From the NCBI GenBank assembly GCA_030704615.1, contig CM060732.1, positions 29,078,001-29,142,000 on the forward strand: 64,000 nucleotides of DNA, written 5' to 3'. Origin of the DNA: Takakia lepidozioides (taxonomy: Eukaryota > Plantae > Bryophyta). Shown here piece after piece: positions 61,175 through 64,000 of the stretch. The stretch's first letter is position 1; every line of letters starts with the position of its first letter. Position numbers and translations under genes: made by a program. Under the pieces are notes generated by a model. That model searched no databases and was not told where the DNA came from. It saw nothing but the letters and a program-made list of their open reading frames with translations.

Positions 61175-62550
61175 TCACAATAGGCCACAAATGGCCAGTA
61201 TGCCATGCTCAAAATACCCCTAATTGGAAGCCCCAAACAGTGTGCTTCAAAGCACACTGTTTGTGGCCCCCTCTGTGCCTGTTATTTGATTTCAAAATGG
61301 GCCATGTTTGATGTCTAAATGTGTCACACAGGGCCAGTGTGCCAAGTTCAAAACACCCATAGTTGGAAGCACCAAACAGTGTGCGGCAACGCACACTGTT
61401 TGGGCCCCGCTTTCCGGTTGTTTTTTTATTTCAAAATGGGCCACAAAAGGCCAGTATGCCATGCTCAAAATACCCCTAATTGGAAGCCCCAAACAGTATG
61501 CGGCAACGCACACTGTTTGGGCCCTCATTTCCAGTTGTTTTTTTATCTCAAAATGGGCCACAAAGGGCCAGTATGCCATGCTCAAAATACCCCTAATTGG
61601 AAGCCCCAAACAGTGTGCTTCAAAGCACACTGTTTGTGGCCCCCTCTGTGCCTGTTATTTGATTTCAAAATGGGCCATGTTTGATGTCTAAATGTGTCAC
61701 ACAGGGCCAGTGTGCCAAGTTCAAAACACCCATAGTTGGAAGCACCAAACAGTGTGCGGCAACGCACACTGTTTGGGCCCTCATTTCCAGTTGTTTTTTT
61801 ATCTCAAAATGGGCCACAAAGGGCCAGTATGCCATGCTCAAAATACCCCTAATTGGAAGCCCAAAACAGTGTGCATCAAAGCACACTGTTTGAGGCCCCC
61901 TCTGTGCCTATTTTTTGATTTCAAAATGGGTCATGTTTGATGTCTAAATGTGCCACACAGGGCTAGTGAGCCAAGTTCAAAACACCCATAGTTGGAAGCA
62001 CCAAACAGTGTGCGGCAACTGTTTGGGCCCCCATTTCCGGTTGTTTTTTTATTTCAAAATGGGCCACAAAGGGCCAGTATGCCATGCTCAAAATACCCCT
62101 AATTGGAAACCCCAAACAGTGTGCTTCAAAGCACACTGTTTGTGGCCCCCTCTATGCCTGTTTTTTGATTTCAAAATGGGCCATACTTGATGTCTAAATG
62201 TGCCACACATGGCCAGTGTGCCAAGTTCAAAACACCCGTAGTTGGAAGCTTCAAACAGTGTGCGGCAACGCACACTATTTTGGCCCCCTTTGCGGTTGTT
62301 TTTTGACTTCAAAATGGGCCACAAATGGCCAGTATGCCATGCTCAAAATACGCCTAATTGGAAGCCCCAAACAGTGTGCTTCAAAGCACACTGTTTGAGG
62401 CCCCCTCTGTGCCTGTTTTTTTATTTCAAAATGGGCCATGTTTGATGTCTAAATGTGCCACACAAGGCCAGTGTGCCAGGTTCAAAACACCCGTAGTTGG
62501 AAGCACCAAACAGTGTGCGGCAACGCACACTATTTGTGACCCCCCTTTCC
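61175..62550. repeat. Higher-order tandem array of about 117 and 138 bp units, 11 units
   Basis: Nearly every unit has AAACAGTGTGC-N5-GCACACTGTTT. The two unit types mostly alternate. Confidence 0.93.
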
Positions 62551-62637
62551 GGTTTTTTGTTTGTAAATCTGCATTCTTGTTCCTCTTCTTGGTCGTTCTC
62601 GGATGGAGTTGCATAAGTTGCTCAAATGAATATGTAG

Positions 62638-63665
62638 GTGCCTGGTTTTCAAGCTTTTTAGATCCTTCTGGATGTCCTGTGCGCAGACACGTTTGTTTGA
62701 AGCTGTTTGTCTCGTCCGAGTGCATCCACCTACGACTCCAGCCGTCATTAGGGAGTTTGCCATCACTTATGGGGGCAAGTTCATATACGAGAGGACAGAT
62801 CCTCCCACGGATGACATGCACCACAACTACGTGGACAACAACGTCTACTTGCGAAGGGGGAATGGGGTTCCTTGGATAGGGGCCAGGGAGAGGAGCCCGG
62901 CTTTCATTCAAACGATTGTGTCCAGAGTGTTGCACCTACACCGACGCCAGAGTTTTGGATTTGTCAATGGGCACAGGTTCGTCTCTTCAACATTCACATT
63001 TGATCGGGTTTGTTTGAGCTTGCACTTTCAGCGCTTCTCATTGTTCCAAATGAGTCTTCAATGTCTATTTCTTTCCTTCTATTCCATTGCTGGTGCTTCG
63101 TACCACGCTTGCAAGGCCACTGCGCGACATCTCTTCGGGATTGAAGGGGATGCCGAAATTTACAAGAACCTCCTGATAGGTTTGGGTGGACAAACTTTTC
63201 AAGTGCTTCCAAAGCCGCTTCTCAGTGATATTGATACAGGGGAGACGTCCGACAAGGAGCTGGACTCCGACTTTGCCTGTGAGTAAGTTCAACCTGTGGA
63301 TGCTTGCATTCTTGTTTCACTGGAATCACTGTTCTTAAAGTAGGGTGCACATGGGAGACATCCTCTTCGTTGGATTTGTGCATTGCATCATTGTTTTAAA
63401 ATGGATTTTTGTCGACTTGTGCAGGAGTCTGTGTGCTTCCACTGACCCTCCAGGGCTATCACCACTTCTTGGACTTCTTTCAAGTCCTCCTCAGTCTTAC
63501 ATGCTACCTGTCTATGTGGAGGCACTCACAACAAGCATGTTCGTTCATGACATTCGCAGTCCAACCATTGACGGTCGTGGTAGAAGACGTGGTGTTGGGG
63601 CCGGAATCTTTGTGGATGACATAGCAGAGGAGGTCAATTCTGATTCTGATGACTTTGACACTTGA
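62638..63665 (+). pseudogene. Spliced beta-class amino-methyltransferase-like gene (copy 3)
   Basis: GVPWIGARERSPAFIQTIV, frameshift, ECCTYTDARVLDLSMGTG, intron 62977-63092 with a damaged acceptor, ASYHACKATARHLFGIEGD. The next exon contains SYMLPVY. Confidence 0.62.
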
Positions 63666-64000
63666 TATCAAGTTTTCTTTTACTTTTATTCGGGGCCAAT
63701 TTTGAGATGGGATGGTGGTGTGTCCTTGTTAACCTGTTTGCAATGTGTGCGTGGGATGCAAATTCCTGGGAACAAACTATCGTTGGAGATGGGGGTTGCA
63801 TGGATTGCCTGTATTGTTCTTTCAATCTCTTTAGTGTTTTCCGGAGCTCACAGTCTTGCAAAAACAAACAAACGTCTTTGGTTTGGGCAGTGCATTCTCG
63901 CATCATTTGCTCGTTGGTCTCCAAACCATTCCAGCCAGAAGAATGCTTGGTAAATCCACCACATTAAAGTCCACGTGATCAAAGATTGTTCAGGCATTCT

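Noticed and set aside
61175-62550. ORFs and CRISPR-like periodicity in the array
   Set aside because: Whole units repeat, and the ORFs are translations of the repeat.

Overview
Eukaryotic, repeat-dense DNA, probably from a non-seed land plant or related green lineage (inferred from the element types, not proven). It has a 500-N gap at 47811-48310 and no intact host gene, rRNA, tRNA or CRISPR array that I can see. It is a nest of mobile elements. (1) An 18.7 kb Ty3/gypsy-type retroelement (5565-24278, minus strand, TCTT target duplication). Its Pol carries a DNMT3-like C5 cytosine methyltransferase between protease and RT and a PHD finger after integrase. Its ends are split or permuted repeats (B...A-B-A) rather than two LTRs, and its primer site is complementary to its own terminal repeat. 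It contains a 2.1 kb internal inversion and a 7 kb TIR element that itself holds LINE pieces. (2) Kinase and RING pseudogenes between oppositely oriented palindromic GCGACCGCC arrays. (3) A chromovirus (33074-39873) whose 3' LTR is cut by (4) a segment carrying a spliced ParB-like plus beta-class amino-methyltransferase-like gene and two palindromic tandem arrays. (5) A large non-chromovirus Ty3/gypsy element with extra ORFs (48311-61095). Two more diverged copies of the amino-methyltransferase-like gene lie near 1.4 kb and 63 kb. The best candidates for new biology are the permuted-repeat, self-priming, DNMT-carrying retroelement and the mobile ParB/amino-MTase family with its neighbouring palindrome arrays.
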